Shown here piece by piece: positions 11,762 to 22,319 of a DNA stretch of 57,648 bases. The translations under genes and the position numbers were made by a program. Numbering within the stretch: position 1 is the first letter of the stretch; the number at the start of each line of letters is the position of its first letter. The stretch is from contig JAXLNO010003753.1 of NCBI GenBank assembly GCA_038087875.1, positions 1-57,648 of the forward strand, given 5' to 3'. The notes under the pieces are model-generated. The model was not told where the DNA came from and searched no databases. It saw only the letters and a list, made by a program, of their open reading frames with translations. Source of the stretch: Malacoraja senta. Taxonomy: Eukaryota.

Positions 11762-14700
11762 TCCTTTTATCAAAATCTTGATAATAACTACAGTCCTTGC
11801 CGAGTACATACAAAAGACCATAAGCATCTCATCAGGCAAATTATCTCACTGTCTGTAGTCAGGGTATCTTTGCTGCACTTGTCATGTTTGACTCCAATCT
11901 TGTTTAAAAGGAGGTGTGTACCATCCTTTAAATGTGGGTTAGTCCGCAAGTTTGCCATTCTGAAGAAAGTCCAGTCCATGTGGGCCACCCCAGAATAAAA
12001 GGAGGGTCAATAGCCCATTGTCCTTTCTTGTTTCCACAAACTGTTCACAGTCAATCAAATGTATCCAACGACGATGATCTTCAATCTTCACAGCAGTTTA
12101 TGTTGTTGATAGCACTTGGTTGTTCCTTTCAACACAATCTCAATTTCTTCTTGTCCCAGCACATGGTCATTTTGTAGCCTTTATGGACTCGTCCCTGTGC
12201 TCACTGATTTTCAGCCCAGCTCCTCTAACCTGGGAATGCAGATCTGGCAAGACCTGGGTTAATTGCTGTCCATACATAATTAGTTAATTGCCCGGGGCCT
12301 GTAGGTGGCTTCCCCCCACTCTCCAGGGGGTGGGCACAGCAGCCTTTCCTGAATCAATAAAAAAGTTGTAAATCCTGTTTCTCTAGCTGCAGTTGAATAA
12401 CCCCAATCTACTCTGAAGAAGGGCTTCGGCCCGAAATGATGCCTATTTCCTTCGCTCCATAGATGCTGCCTCATCCCCTGAGTTTCTCCAGCACTTTTGT
12501 CTACCTTTGATTTTCCAGCATCTGCAGTTCCTTCTTAAACACTTCTCTGTGAACTTATTCTTTAATCCGATTATATCTGAAGAGGCTCTCCCCACCTAAA
12601 TATTAAATTCTCCAAATATGTTCTCTTCCCCAATCTACTTATTTTCTCACCTTTTATCCCTCATTGTGAGTTCCCTTAAACCCCCTTTTGTAAGCCATAA
12701 GACAATTTTACATGTACATTCATTTCCCTTACACAGCACATGCTTCAACACCTTTGTTCGTCTGCAGACTGTAATCTTGCTTCATTTGCATTTTAAAGGA
12801 CAACCTCTGTTATCACATCAAAACAATCTTTCCCAAAAGAACTCACTCAGAATCAGTAATCAATAATACATTTTCTTTTTCTCTGTAATTTTGACATTTC
12901 CAATCTCATTTAACACTTTAATTGGGATGAGTCTCTTTTTGAACTCGGCTCAAAAGATTTATAACAACCAACACATTTTATCATTTGAGTATAGCTCCAC
13001 CCCCCATTCATGGCAGTGTCTTAAAGGAACACACCATAACCTGCCTGTTCATTTGCATTTTAAAGGACAAACTGTTCTTAAAGGGACTCACACCTTTGCT
13101 CATTGCTTCAAATTTCACACATTCCACATACAAAAAACATTGTTTTACAAGCAGTACATACACAAAGAAAATTGTTTTACCAGCAGTATATAATATTTCA
13201 TCTTCAAAGACGTCTCTTTGTAATTTACTTTCCCTTTTTCTGACAAGACTTCTGTTTACCAGAATCCTGGTTACCTAACCCTAATTGGACTTTGATCCAG
13301 ATCATGATTAGTCAGACTCCCCGTGACTTTTCAGTCTCCCTATCCTATCCTCATTTCTCCACCGAATTTGTCTTCATCCCCAATTTTTTTATAACATAGT
13401 TGCTTGTCAGAAAAAGGATTCCCCCAGGGTAATTTTGTTTTGCAATGCCCCATAGGCTCTTTCCACCATCCCAGATGCCTGTGGGTGATGTACACAGTGA
13501 AATTGCTGTCGGATATAAAAATGTGTACATATTTCCTTATGAATAGTGGCAATAAAATGGGGACCATTGTCCGCTTATGACTAAAATCACTAAGCAATAT
13601 TTATAACACTGGGCCCTTGGCATTTCAACAAAATCAATCTGTATGCATTCAAACGGTCGTGATGGCATTGGCGTCACCCCTGAGGGTATCTTAATTGGTT
13701 TGCCTCGATTACTTCGTTGGCAAATTTTACATTCAGAGGCCTGCTTCAGTGCCTCTTGCCGAATTTTCAGGTGCCACCACGTTTCCTTTGTCATCCTTAT
13801 CATTCCCTCCTTACCAGCATGGGTAAGTGAGTGAATATATGTTAGTAAAACAGGTAAAAATGCATCAGATACACCAACTTGTCCAAGCGGGGTGAGCCGA
13901 ATCAATGGCACAGCCCTCTTGTTTCCATAGTTGTTTTTATATGAGGCGTCCCTCTGTAATGTACATACCTCCCTCATGTTTGGCAGGACCGTTCTATTTG
14001 CTAGTATCTGTTTACCTGCTGTCACTAAGCATTTGTATGCATAGGCTGCTTGCTTGGATACACTATCGGCAAATGCATTGCCTTTTGTTATAGGGTCCCC
14101 AGCACCAGTGTGTGCAGCACATTTAATAATGGTCAGCTGTTCTGGTATCATCAATGCCTTAAGCAAATAACGCACAGAAAGGCATTCCCGTGCTCCCAAT
14201 CCTGGGGAGCTTTGTAAGGTCAGAACTTTAAGGTATAGGGATATTACTGACGGAGCTGTCACAGGTAAGTATGCCATCGCTACTGGTAGGACGTAGGGAG
14301 GCGGACATCTCCCAAGATTATCTAACTCCTCATCTTCACTACCAAACAGGGTCGTCGTGCCAGACATGAAGTCTCCTCCAGAGGATTTACCAGTACTGGG
14401 TTTATTTTTACTAACCATCACCTGTTTCTCACTTCCTGCCTGTCTCTTAATTATTTTCTCTTGTTCCTCCGTCCACTGGCATTCTAGTTGCAATACTTTC
14501 CATCCTTTCATAGTGCCATCCTTATTTCGTAACTCTATCCCTTGTTTACATGCAGTATCCATCCAACTTCGATCTCTACTCTCCTCATGCTTCTTCTCTG
14601 CTTCTGCTTTCCACGTTTTAATTCCCTTCTTCCATTTCTTTCCTGCCTTCCTTTCCCATATCAACATCTCTGCTTTTTTAATTGTCTCGACATTCCATGT

Positions 14701-14958
14701 GCCCCCTACTGGCACGGCTTCATTCCCCAACCGTTTGGTCAACTTGTAACTTAACATTCTAAATTTCGTATTATACTTAGGATTCAAATAACACATATGT
14801 TGGACGGGGGTTCCCCCCTCACTGTTATCCAGAGCATTCCCCATAGATAGATAGAGAGAAAGAGAAAGAGAACGCAGACTTCTTAATTCCGAATCGCTCC
14901 AAATATATCAACCAGGCCGACTCGCTACTCGAGACCCCAGTTTCTCAATTTGGCTGAC
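11762..14958 (-). mobile_element. ERV family A internal region (deleted; leader end, gag::pol fusion, AT-rich non-coding region)
   Basis: 14868-14958 is the reverse complement of the leader segment at ~17395-17480. Contains the retroviral ORF 13537-14844 and a short repeat inserted at ~12405-12545. Confidence 0.8.
13537..14844 (-). CDS. gag-pol: Open 435-aa retroviral gag(MA/late domain)::RNase H-integrase N-terminal fusion
   Basis: Starts MGN (potential myristoylation) and has a PPPY late domain. Continues in frame into IIKCAAHT...GNAFAD (RNase H C-terminus), HSLTH...CKIC (integrase HHCC) and QIDFVEMP (start of the integrase core). Confidence 0.8.
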   Translation of the reverse strand: MGNALDNSEGGTPVQHMCYLNPKYNTKFRMLSYKLTKRLGNEAVPVGGTWNVETIKKAEMLIWERKAGKKWKKGIKTWKAEAEKKHEESRDRSWMDTACKQGIELRNKDGTMKGWKVLQLECQWTEEQEKIIKRQAGSEKQVMVSKNKPSTGKSSGGDFMSGTTTLFGSEDEELDNLGRCPPPYVLPVAMAYLPVTAPSVISLYLKVLTLQSSPGLGARECLSVRYLLKALMIPEQLTIIKCAAHTGAGDPITKGNAFADSVSKQAAYAYKCLVTAGKQILANRTVLPNMREVCTLQRDASYKNNYGNKRAVPLIRLTPLGQVGVSDAFLPVLLTYIHSLTHAGKEGMIRMTKETWWHLKIRQEALKQASECKICQRSNRGKPIKIPSGVTPMPSRPFECIQIDFVEMPRAQCYKYCLVILVISGQWSPFYCHYS

Positions 14959-15952
14959 TAGGCTAGATGTGTTGCAGGCAAAGGCTTTGAGGCTTTGCTG
15001 TGGAGCCTTCAGGACTTCCCCAGTCCCTGCCCTGATTGTTGAAATGGGAGAAATGCCCTTATGGTTAAGGCGCATTAAGCTAGGGTTACATTACTGGGCT
15101 AAACTTTGTGGGTGTAATGATACCTTCCCAGCAAGGTGTTTGTTGCAAGTGGTTGATGATGGTAACAAATATAACACATTTTTTGTCATTATAAATCAGT
15201 GGGCTAGGAAGCTGGGTTTGGAACAAGGGGGTATTATAGAGCATACAATAAGGCTACCTGTGCCCTATTGGGTTCTTCCTGAACTGTTTATTGAGCTTGC
15301 TTTTCTTCAGGAAAAAGATAAGCGCGAGGTGACTCCAAGAATAGTGGAATATCTTAATTCAATCAGTGAGAGCAATTTGATTGTTTTTACAGATGGATCT
15401 AAAGATCCAGTTAGTGGGAGAGCTGGGTTTGGAGTGTATGTGGAGCAGCTTGGGTTGAAGATTGGCCGGCGCATTTCTGATGGAAGTTCTGTTCTCACGA
15501 CTGAATTAATGGCAATTCAATGGGCTCTATGGTGGATTGAGGAAGCCAGTTTTAGAGAAGTCATTATCTGTTCTGATTCTGCAGCTGCTCTTGAAACTTT
15601 AAGAGTAGGGAAATCTAAAGCTCGTCCTGACATTCTAAATGAAATCTTGAGTGTGTTTTCTAGAATTGGGTTTGCGTGTAACATCACTTTTTGCTGGGTT
15701 CCCGGGCATGCTGGGGTGAGGGGGAATGAGCAGGTGGACCTCATAGCAAACGAGAGTTTAAGAAGAGAAATAGATAACCATGTATTATTGGGGAGAGTGG
15801 AACTGAGAGAAATAATTAAAGAGGGCTTAACAAAATAATGGCAGAGAGGATGGGAAATGGAAGTCAGGGGTAGACACTACTTTTCTTTACAATCTGAAGT
15901 TAGGAAAATATGTTTCTGTACATCTCTGTCCCGTAGGGACTCAGTTAAACTG
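14959..15952 (+). mobile_element. Inverted duplicate of the RNase H part of the I/Nimb-type LINE
   Basis: ORF 14969-15838 has the same translation as the corresponding part of 19183-20148 (FTDGSKD, TELMAI, ICSDS, WVPGHAGVRGNEQVD). Confidence 0.9.
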
Positions 15953-16684
15953 TGTAAATGATAAAGCTGAATTATGTTAAAAATATAAGAAAAGCTTACA
16001 GCTTATATTTAGTCTCGAATCAGGCTTTTCTCCAGTAGAATAATACAGAAAGGCAAGTTAAGTTGCCTCAGGTTTCGGGGTATTGAGATAATGAATACTA
16101 TAACATTTGCCTCCCAAGTGACAGAGAGGAAGCAGAGAAGAAGCTATGATAAGCTATGAGATGTAAAATGCCTTGTACCAAATGTCCGATGTTTATGAGG
16201 GAGGAGGTGATGAGAGAGGAACCAGGGAAGTGGAAAGATAAGATGCCATAAACCAAATGGCCTATGTTTATGAGGGATCAAGTGACAGAGAGGAAACAGC
16301 GAAAGAGCTAGGGTGATCTCTTTGAAGATAAATTGACCTAAAACAAATGGCCAATGTTTTTAGTATATCTTGTACCATGTAAACAAAAGGCCTTTGATGT
16401 GATGCATTCTGTGGAAACCTTTTCCTGTACCTCTGACCATGACTAATGTCTGTGGAATGTGCTAAGGGGACAAACAAACCCTATTTAAGACAATGTAATT
16501 CTGTTGTTCAGAGAAGGGGACCGAGGACAGTCGAGTGTCTACATTGGTCACTTAGCTGGAATTCTCGCTCCCTTCCATCGGCCGATGTTAAGTAAAGTTT
16601 TGAACTGGTCTACCAAACAGTTTGTGTGGTGTCTGTTTATTAAGAAGCGAACCTGTTTAGTTGGTATAAAAAGTAACTTTTTCA
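15953..16684 (+). mobile_element. ERV family A LTR, copy 2 (5'-type)
   Basis: 732 bp, tgtaaatg...ttca, followed directly by a PBS; mirror image of 18337-19068. Confidence 0.9.
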
Positions 16685-16685
16685 T

Positions 16686-16702
16686 TGGCGTAGTTATGCA
16701 GG
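16686..16702 (+). promoter_or_regulatory. Primer binding site, tRNA-Ser-like (degenerate)
   Basis: tggcgtagttatgcagg versus the tRNA-Ser complement TGGCGTAGTCGGCAGG. Mirror copy at 18319-18335. Confidence 0.65.
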
Positions 16703-17632
16703 CCTCGCTGGGACCACATCAACGGCTGACTGTGCAAGAGGTTGCAGAGGTTGCCGGGATTGGAAGGGAGATAACTGAGCTCTATCGGCCCCCTTGTAAG
16801 ACCGACTCCCTAGAAACTCCCGGGAACGTCTGTGATCCTTCATCAGAGGTTGATCCAGGTTCCCTGCCGAGGTTCTTAGAAACAGACCAAGGTAAGACCA
16901 GTTGGGCTTTATAGGGTTTTTTTTTTTAAGAAGGGATTGTGTATGTAATTTTTAGACAGAATTGTGCATGTATTTTTAAGAAGGGCTTGTGTATATTGTT
17001 AAGAAGGACGTGAGTGGTTTCTCTTTCTCTCTCTCTCTGTCTATCTCTCTTTGTTTTCTTTTTTTTTCTTCTCTCTCTCTCTCTACTAAGGGCTCATCGG
17101 CCTCGTTGAGATATCCGTGATTTGTCGGGTTGAGATACGGGGGTTGAGGTGTGCGTCTGGCTTATTGAGACATCCGAAGAGTTGTCGGATTGAGACATAA
17201 GTGGCGTTGTATATTAAAGAGTAAGAAGTCTGCCAGGTTGAGAAACGGGGGTCTTGGTTAGCGGGTCTGCTTCGTTGAGACACATGGGGCTTTTTTTAGG
17301 TCTGCCAGGTTGAGAAACGGGGGTCTCGGTTAGTGAGTCGGCCTCGTTGAGACACTTGGGTCGTATATCAAAGAGGTTAAAAAATAAATAAAAAAGTCAG
17401 CCAAATTGAGAAACTGGGGTCTCGAGTAGCGAGTCGGCCTGGTTGATATATTTGGAACGATTCGGAATTAAGAAGTCTGCCAGGTTGAGAAACGGGGGTC
17501 TCGGTTAGCGGGTCTGCTTCGTTGAGACACATGGGGCTTATTTTAGGTCTGCCAGGTTGAGAAACGGGGGTCTCGGTTAGCGGGTCGGCTTCGTTGAGAC
17601 ACTTGGGTCGTATATCAAAGAGGTAAAAAAAA
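16703..17632 (+). mobile_element. ERV-A 5' leader with internal tandem units
   Basis: Repeated gtctgccaggttgagaaacgggggtct(c/t)ggttag units at ~17227, 17300, 17476 and 17547. Confidence 0.8.
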
Positions 17633-18335
17633 TTTTTTTTTTACCTCTTTGATATACGACCCAAGTGTCTCAACGAGGCCGACTCACTAACCGAGACCCC
17701 CGTTTCTCAACCTGGCAGACCTAAAAAAAAGCCCCATGTGTCTCAACGAAGCAGACCCGCTAACCAAGACCCCCGTTTCTCAACCTGGCAGACTTCTTAC
17801 TCTTTAATATACAACACCACTTATGTCTCAATCCGACAACTCTTCGGATGTCTCAATAAGCCAGACGCACACCTCAACCCCCGTATCTCAACCCGACAAA
17901 TCACGGATATCTCAACGAGGCCGATGAGCCCTTAGTAGAGAGAGAGAGAGAAGAAAAAAAAAGAAAACAAAGAGAGATAGACAGAGAGAGAGAGAAAGAG
18001 AAACCACTCACGTCCTTCTTAACAATATACACAAGCCCTTCTTAAAAATACATGCACAATTCTGTCTTAAAATTACATACACAATCCCTTCTTAAAAAAA
18101 AAAACCCTATAAAGCCCAACTGGTCTTACCTTGGTCTGTTTCTAAGAACCTCGGCAGGGAACCTGGATCAACCTCTGATGAAGGATCACAGACGTTCCCG
18201 GGAGTTTCTAGGGAGTCGGTCTTACAAGGGGGCCGATAGAGCTCAGTTATCTCCCTTCCAATCCCGGCAACCTCTGCAACCTCTTGCACAGTCAGCCGTT
18301 GATGTGGTCCCAGCGAGGCCTGCATAACTACGCCA
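17633..18335 (-). mobile_element. ERV-A PBS and leader (right arm of the inverted duplication)
   Basis: Reverse complement of ~16686-17380 with only isolated differences. Confidence 0.85.
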
Positions 18336-18336
18336 A

Positions 18337-19068
18337 TGAAAAAGTTACTTTTTATACCAACTAAACAGGTTCGCTTCTTAATAAACAGACACCACACAAA
18401 CTGTTTGGTAGACCAGTTCAAAACTTTACTTAACATCGGCCGATGGAAGGGAGCGAGAATTCCAGCTAAGTGACCAATGTAGACACTCGACTGTCCTCGG
18501 TCCCCTTCTCTGAACAACAGAATTACATTGTCTTAAATAGGGTTTGTTTGTCCCCTTAGCACATTCCACAGACATTAGTCATGGTCAGAGGTACAGGAAA
18601 AGGCTTCCACAGAATGCATCACATCAAAGGCCTTTTGTTTACATGGTACAAGATATACTAAAAACATTGGCCATTTGTTTTAGGTCAATTTATCTTCAAA
18701 GAGATCACCCTAGCTCTTTCGCTGTTTCCTCTCTGTCACTTGATCCCTCATAAACATAGGCCATTTGGTTTATGGCATCTTATCTTTCCACTTCCCTGGT
18801 TCCTCTCTCATCACCTCCTCCCTCATAAACATCGGACATTTGGTACAAGGCATTTTACATCTCATAGCTTATCATAGCTTCTTCTCTGCTTCCTCTCTGT
18901 CACTTGGGAGGCAAATGTTATAGTATTCATTATCTCAATACCCCGAAACCTGAGGCAACTTAACTTGCCTTTCTGTATTATTCTACTGGAGAAAAGCCTG
19001 ATTCGAGACTAAATATAAGCTGTAAGCTTTTCTTATATTTTTAACATAATTCAGCTTTATCATTTACA
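18337..19068 (-). mobile_element. ERV family A LTR, copy 3 (5' LTR)
   Basis: 732 bp, near-identical reverse complement of 15953-16684. Confidence 0.9.
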
Positions 19069-21262
19069 CAGTTTAACTGAGTCCCTACGGGACAGAGATG
19101 TACAGAAACATATTTTCCTAACTTCAGATTGTAAAGAAAAGTAGTGTCTACCCCTGACTTCCATTTCCCATCCTCTCTGCCATTATTTTGTTAAGCCCTC
19201 TTTAATTATTTCTCTCAGTTCCACTCTCCCCAATAATACATGGTTATCTATTTCTCTTCTTAAACTCTCGTTTGCTATGAGGTCCACCTGCTCATTCCCC
19301 CTCACCCCAGCATGCCCGGGAACCCAGCAAAAAGTGATGTTACACGCAAACCCAATTCTAGAAAACACACTCAAGATTTCATTTAGAATGTCAGGACGAG
19401 CTTTAGATTTCCCTACTCTTAAAGTTTCAAGAGCAGCTGCAGAATCAGAACAGATAATGACTTCTCTAAAACTGGCTTCCTCAATCCACCATAGAGCCCA
19501 TTGAATTGCCATTAATTCAGTCGTGAGAACAGAACTTCCATCAGAAATGCGCCGGCCAATCTTCAACCCAAGCTGCTCCACATACACTCCAAACCCAGCT
19601 CTCCCACTAACTGGATCTTTAGATCCATCTGTAAAAACAATCAAATTGCTCTCACTGATTGAATTAAGATATTCCACTATTCTTGGAGTCACCTCGCGCT
19701 TATCTTTTTCCTGAAGAAAAGCAAGCTCAATAAACAGTTCAGGAAGAACCCAATAGGGCACAGGTAGCCTTATTGTATGCTCTATAATACCCCCTTGTTC
19801 CAAACCTAGCTTCCTAGCCCACTGATTTATAATGACAAAAAATGTGTTATATTTGTTACCATCATCAACCACTTGCAACAAACACCTTGCTGGGAAGGTA
19901 TCATTACACCCACAAAGTTTAGCCCAGTAATGTAACCCTAGCTTAATGCGCCTTAACCATAAGGGCATTTCTCCCATTTCAACAATCAGGGCAGGGACTG
20001 GGGAAGTCCTGAAGGCTCCACAGCAAAGCCTCAAAGCCTTTGCCTGCAACACATCTAGCCTAGCCAGAACAGTTTTAGACGCAGACCCATACACAAAACA
20101 CCCATAGTCAAGAGAAGATCTGATCATGGCCTGATAAATTAGCAGCATTGTCTCCCTGTTGGCCCCCCACTCACACCCAACTCATAACATTCAGAACTTT
20201 TTCACACTTCAACACAATTTTACCTACATGCACAGCCCAAGTCATACGCTCTTCAAACCAAACACCCAAAAACTTAAAAACCTTTACCTTCTCCAATAGA
20301 GACCCATACATATACAGCCCTAACTTAGGTAACTTTCTTTTAAAACCAAATACCATATATTTAGTCTTAGAGGCAGAGATTTTAAAGCCCCATGTGTTCC
20401 CCCATTCCTCTACAGACACTAACACTCTTTGAATCTGTTTTAAAACAAACTCTACATTACAACCTCTTTTCCAGATGGCCCCGTCATCTGCAAACAAATA
20501 CAGACCAAATCCTCTCTCTAATTTACAAAATATGTTGTTTATCATGATATTAAATAAAACTGGACTGATAACACTTCCCTGCGGGGTTCCATTCTCTATT
20601 TCTACACTCTCTGATCTGACACTACCAACCATTACTTGTATTGTTCTATTCAATAAAAAATCCTTAATCCAGTTGAACATTCGTCCCCTGACTCCCAAGT
20701 CAAAATTTTTAATCATTAATCCCTCCTTCCACAAAGAATCATATGCCTTCTCAATATCAAGGAATACACTCACTACTGTTTCCTTGCTTCTAAATGCCCT
20801 TTTAATATCCTGATCCCAAACTGATACAGACTCCATTGTAGACCTTCCATTCCTAAAGCCATTCTGTACATCAACCAATAGTCCTCTGGTTTCTAAAAAA
20901 TATACTAGTCTGTTGGTTACCATCCTCTCCATAATTTTACAGAGCACTGCTGTGAGCGCTATAGGGCGATATGAACTAGGGTCAGATGCCTCTTTGCCCG
21001 GTTTTAAAATAGGGACCACGACTGCATGTTTCCATTCCTTTGGTAAATAACCCTCTGCCCACACAGTATTAAACAAAGCTAAGATTTCATCAAGTACATT
21101 ATCATCCAGATGTTTAAATAACTCATACGACAACCTATCTCTCCCCGGGGTGGTATTTGCCCCAGACATAATTGCATCCTTCAACTCTTTTATGGTAAAA
21201 AACAGATTAAAGGTATTATCATTTACTAAACTCCTCTCCAGCTTCCACTGATTAACTGCCAG
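19069..21262 (-). mobile_element. Non-LTR retrotransposon of the I/Nimb group (RT + RNase H), truncated and frameshifted
   Basis: ORF 20171-21292 has SYRPIALT, FLDIEKAYD, GTPQGSVISP and LFADD. ORF 19183-20148 has the RNase H motifs. There is a small deletion/frameshift near 20170, and the element is cut by the ERV LTR at 19068. Confidence 0.85.
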
Positions 21263-21432
21263 CAGATGCTGGTTTAAACAGAAGATAGGCACAAAAAGCT
21301 GGAGTAACTCAGCAGGTCAGGCAGCATCTCTGGAAAAAGGAACTACAGATGCTGGTTTATACCAAAGATAGACACAATAAGCTGGAGAACTCAGCCAGTC
21401 AGGCAACATTTCTGGAGAAAAGCAATAAGTGA

Positions 21433-21973
21433 TGTGAGAAAGGGGTTAATAGGTATAAGTTGATTTAGACAAGAACCCTTTGTATAGTAGGGAGTATAGT
21501 AGGGAGGATAGGGGGAGTGAAGAACGAGTACAGATGGTGACTTTTTCAAGGATGAGAACCGAGAAGATAGCAACAGCCCAGCCAAGAACTAGGGTAAGGG
21601 TCAGGAGAAACACTCAGTGCGCATAGGCAATGAACTTACATGAATATGTACACACACCCACTATGACAAGATGTCTCATTTAAATGCACATGCGATGCAT
21701 GATATGGGAGGTGTCTTTGACGTCGGGTGGACGTTCCAGGACGTTCTCGTGGGAATGTGGGCTTTATGTTATGATTGGAAGAAGCACAATGGGGAGGGAT
21801 GAGGGTGTGACAGTGATACCCATGAAATGTATAAAGATAGAAGTCATCCCGATCCTCGGTGTGCCTCTAGGGGACATCAGAGGAGAGGCACCTATTCTGC
21901 AGAATATGATTTGAATAAAAAGCTTCTTTGCTGACTTTGTCTCTAAAAGCGTTTGTGATTTTTGAATCTCACA
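21433..21973 (+). repeat. ERV-B 5' LTR
   Basis: TATA-like tataaa and AATAAA in order; 4 substitutions counted by eye against the 3' LTR. Confidence 0.95.
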
Positions 21974-21978
21974 ATTTT

Positions 21979-21996
21979 TGGGGGCTCGTCTCGGGA
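21979..21996 (+). promoter_or_regulatory. Primer binding site, tRNA-Pro
   Basis: tgggggctcgtctcggga versus canonical TGGGGGCTCGTCCGGGAT. Confidence 0.9.
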
Positions 21997-22319
21997 CCCC
22001 CACTCCGGCTGGCTGACGACGGTATACGGAAGAAAGGACGGTGCACCCCGTTGATTTCAGCGGTCCCAGACCCCTAGATTGTCGTCAGCGGTTTGGGCGA
22101 GTGGTATCCCTGAACAGAGACTCAGCAAAGAAGTGGGAGTAGTTGGAAATCCGATCGGGAGGAAGATCGGGGGGAAAATCGCGAGGGAGCCAAATCGAGT
22201 GATTCTTGTGCACAGGACCCGGGTAAGAAAACTGACTATTAAGTACTACTCGGGCGATTTATAGATCTGAGGTAAACAGATCGGGGGCAAACAGATCGGG
22301 GGGAAATTCCGATCGGGAG

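Noticed and set aside
16504-16914. 136-aa ORF present twice (also 18107-18517; partial at 10997-11203)
   Set aside because: It spans LTR R-U5, PBS and leader, its recurrence is explained by the LTR copies, and it has no recognisable domain.
17220-17632. Regularly spaced repeats superficially like a CRISPR array
   Set aside because: Vertebrate context, no unique spacers and no cas genes; these are tandem units of the ERV leader.
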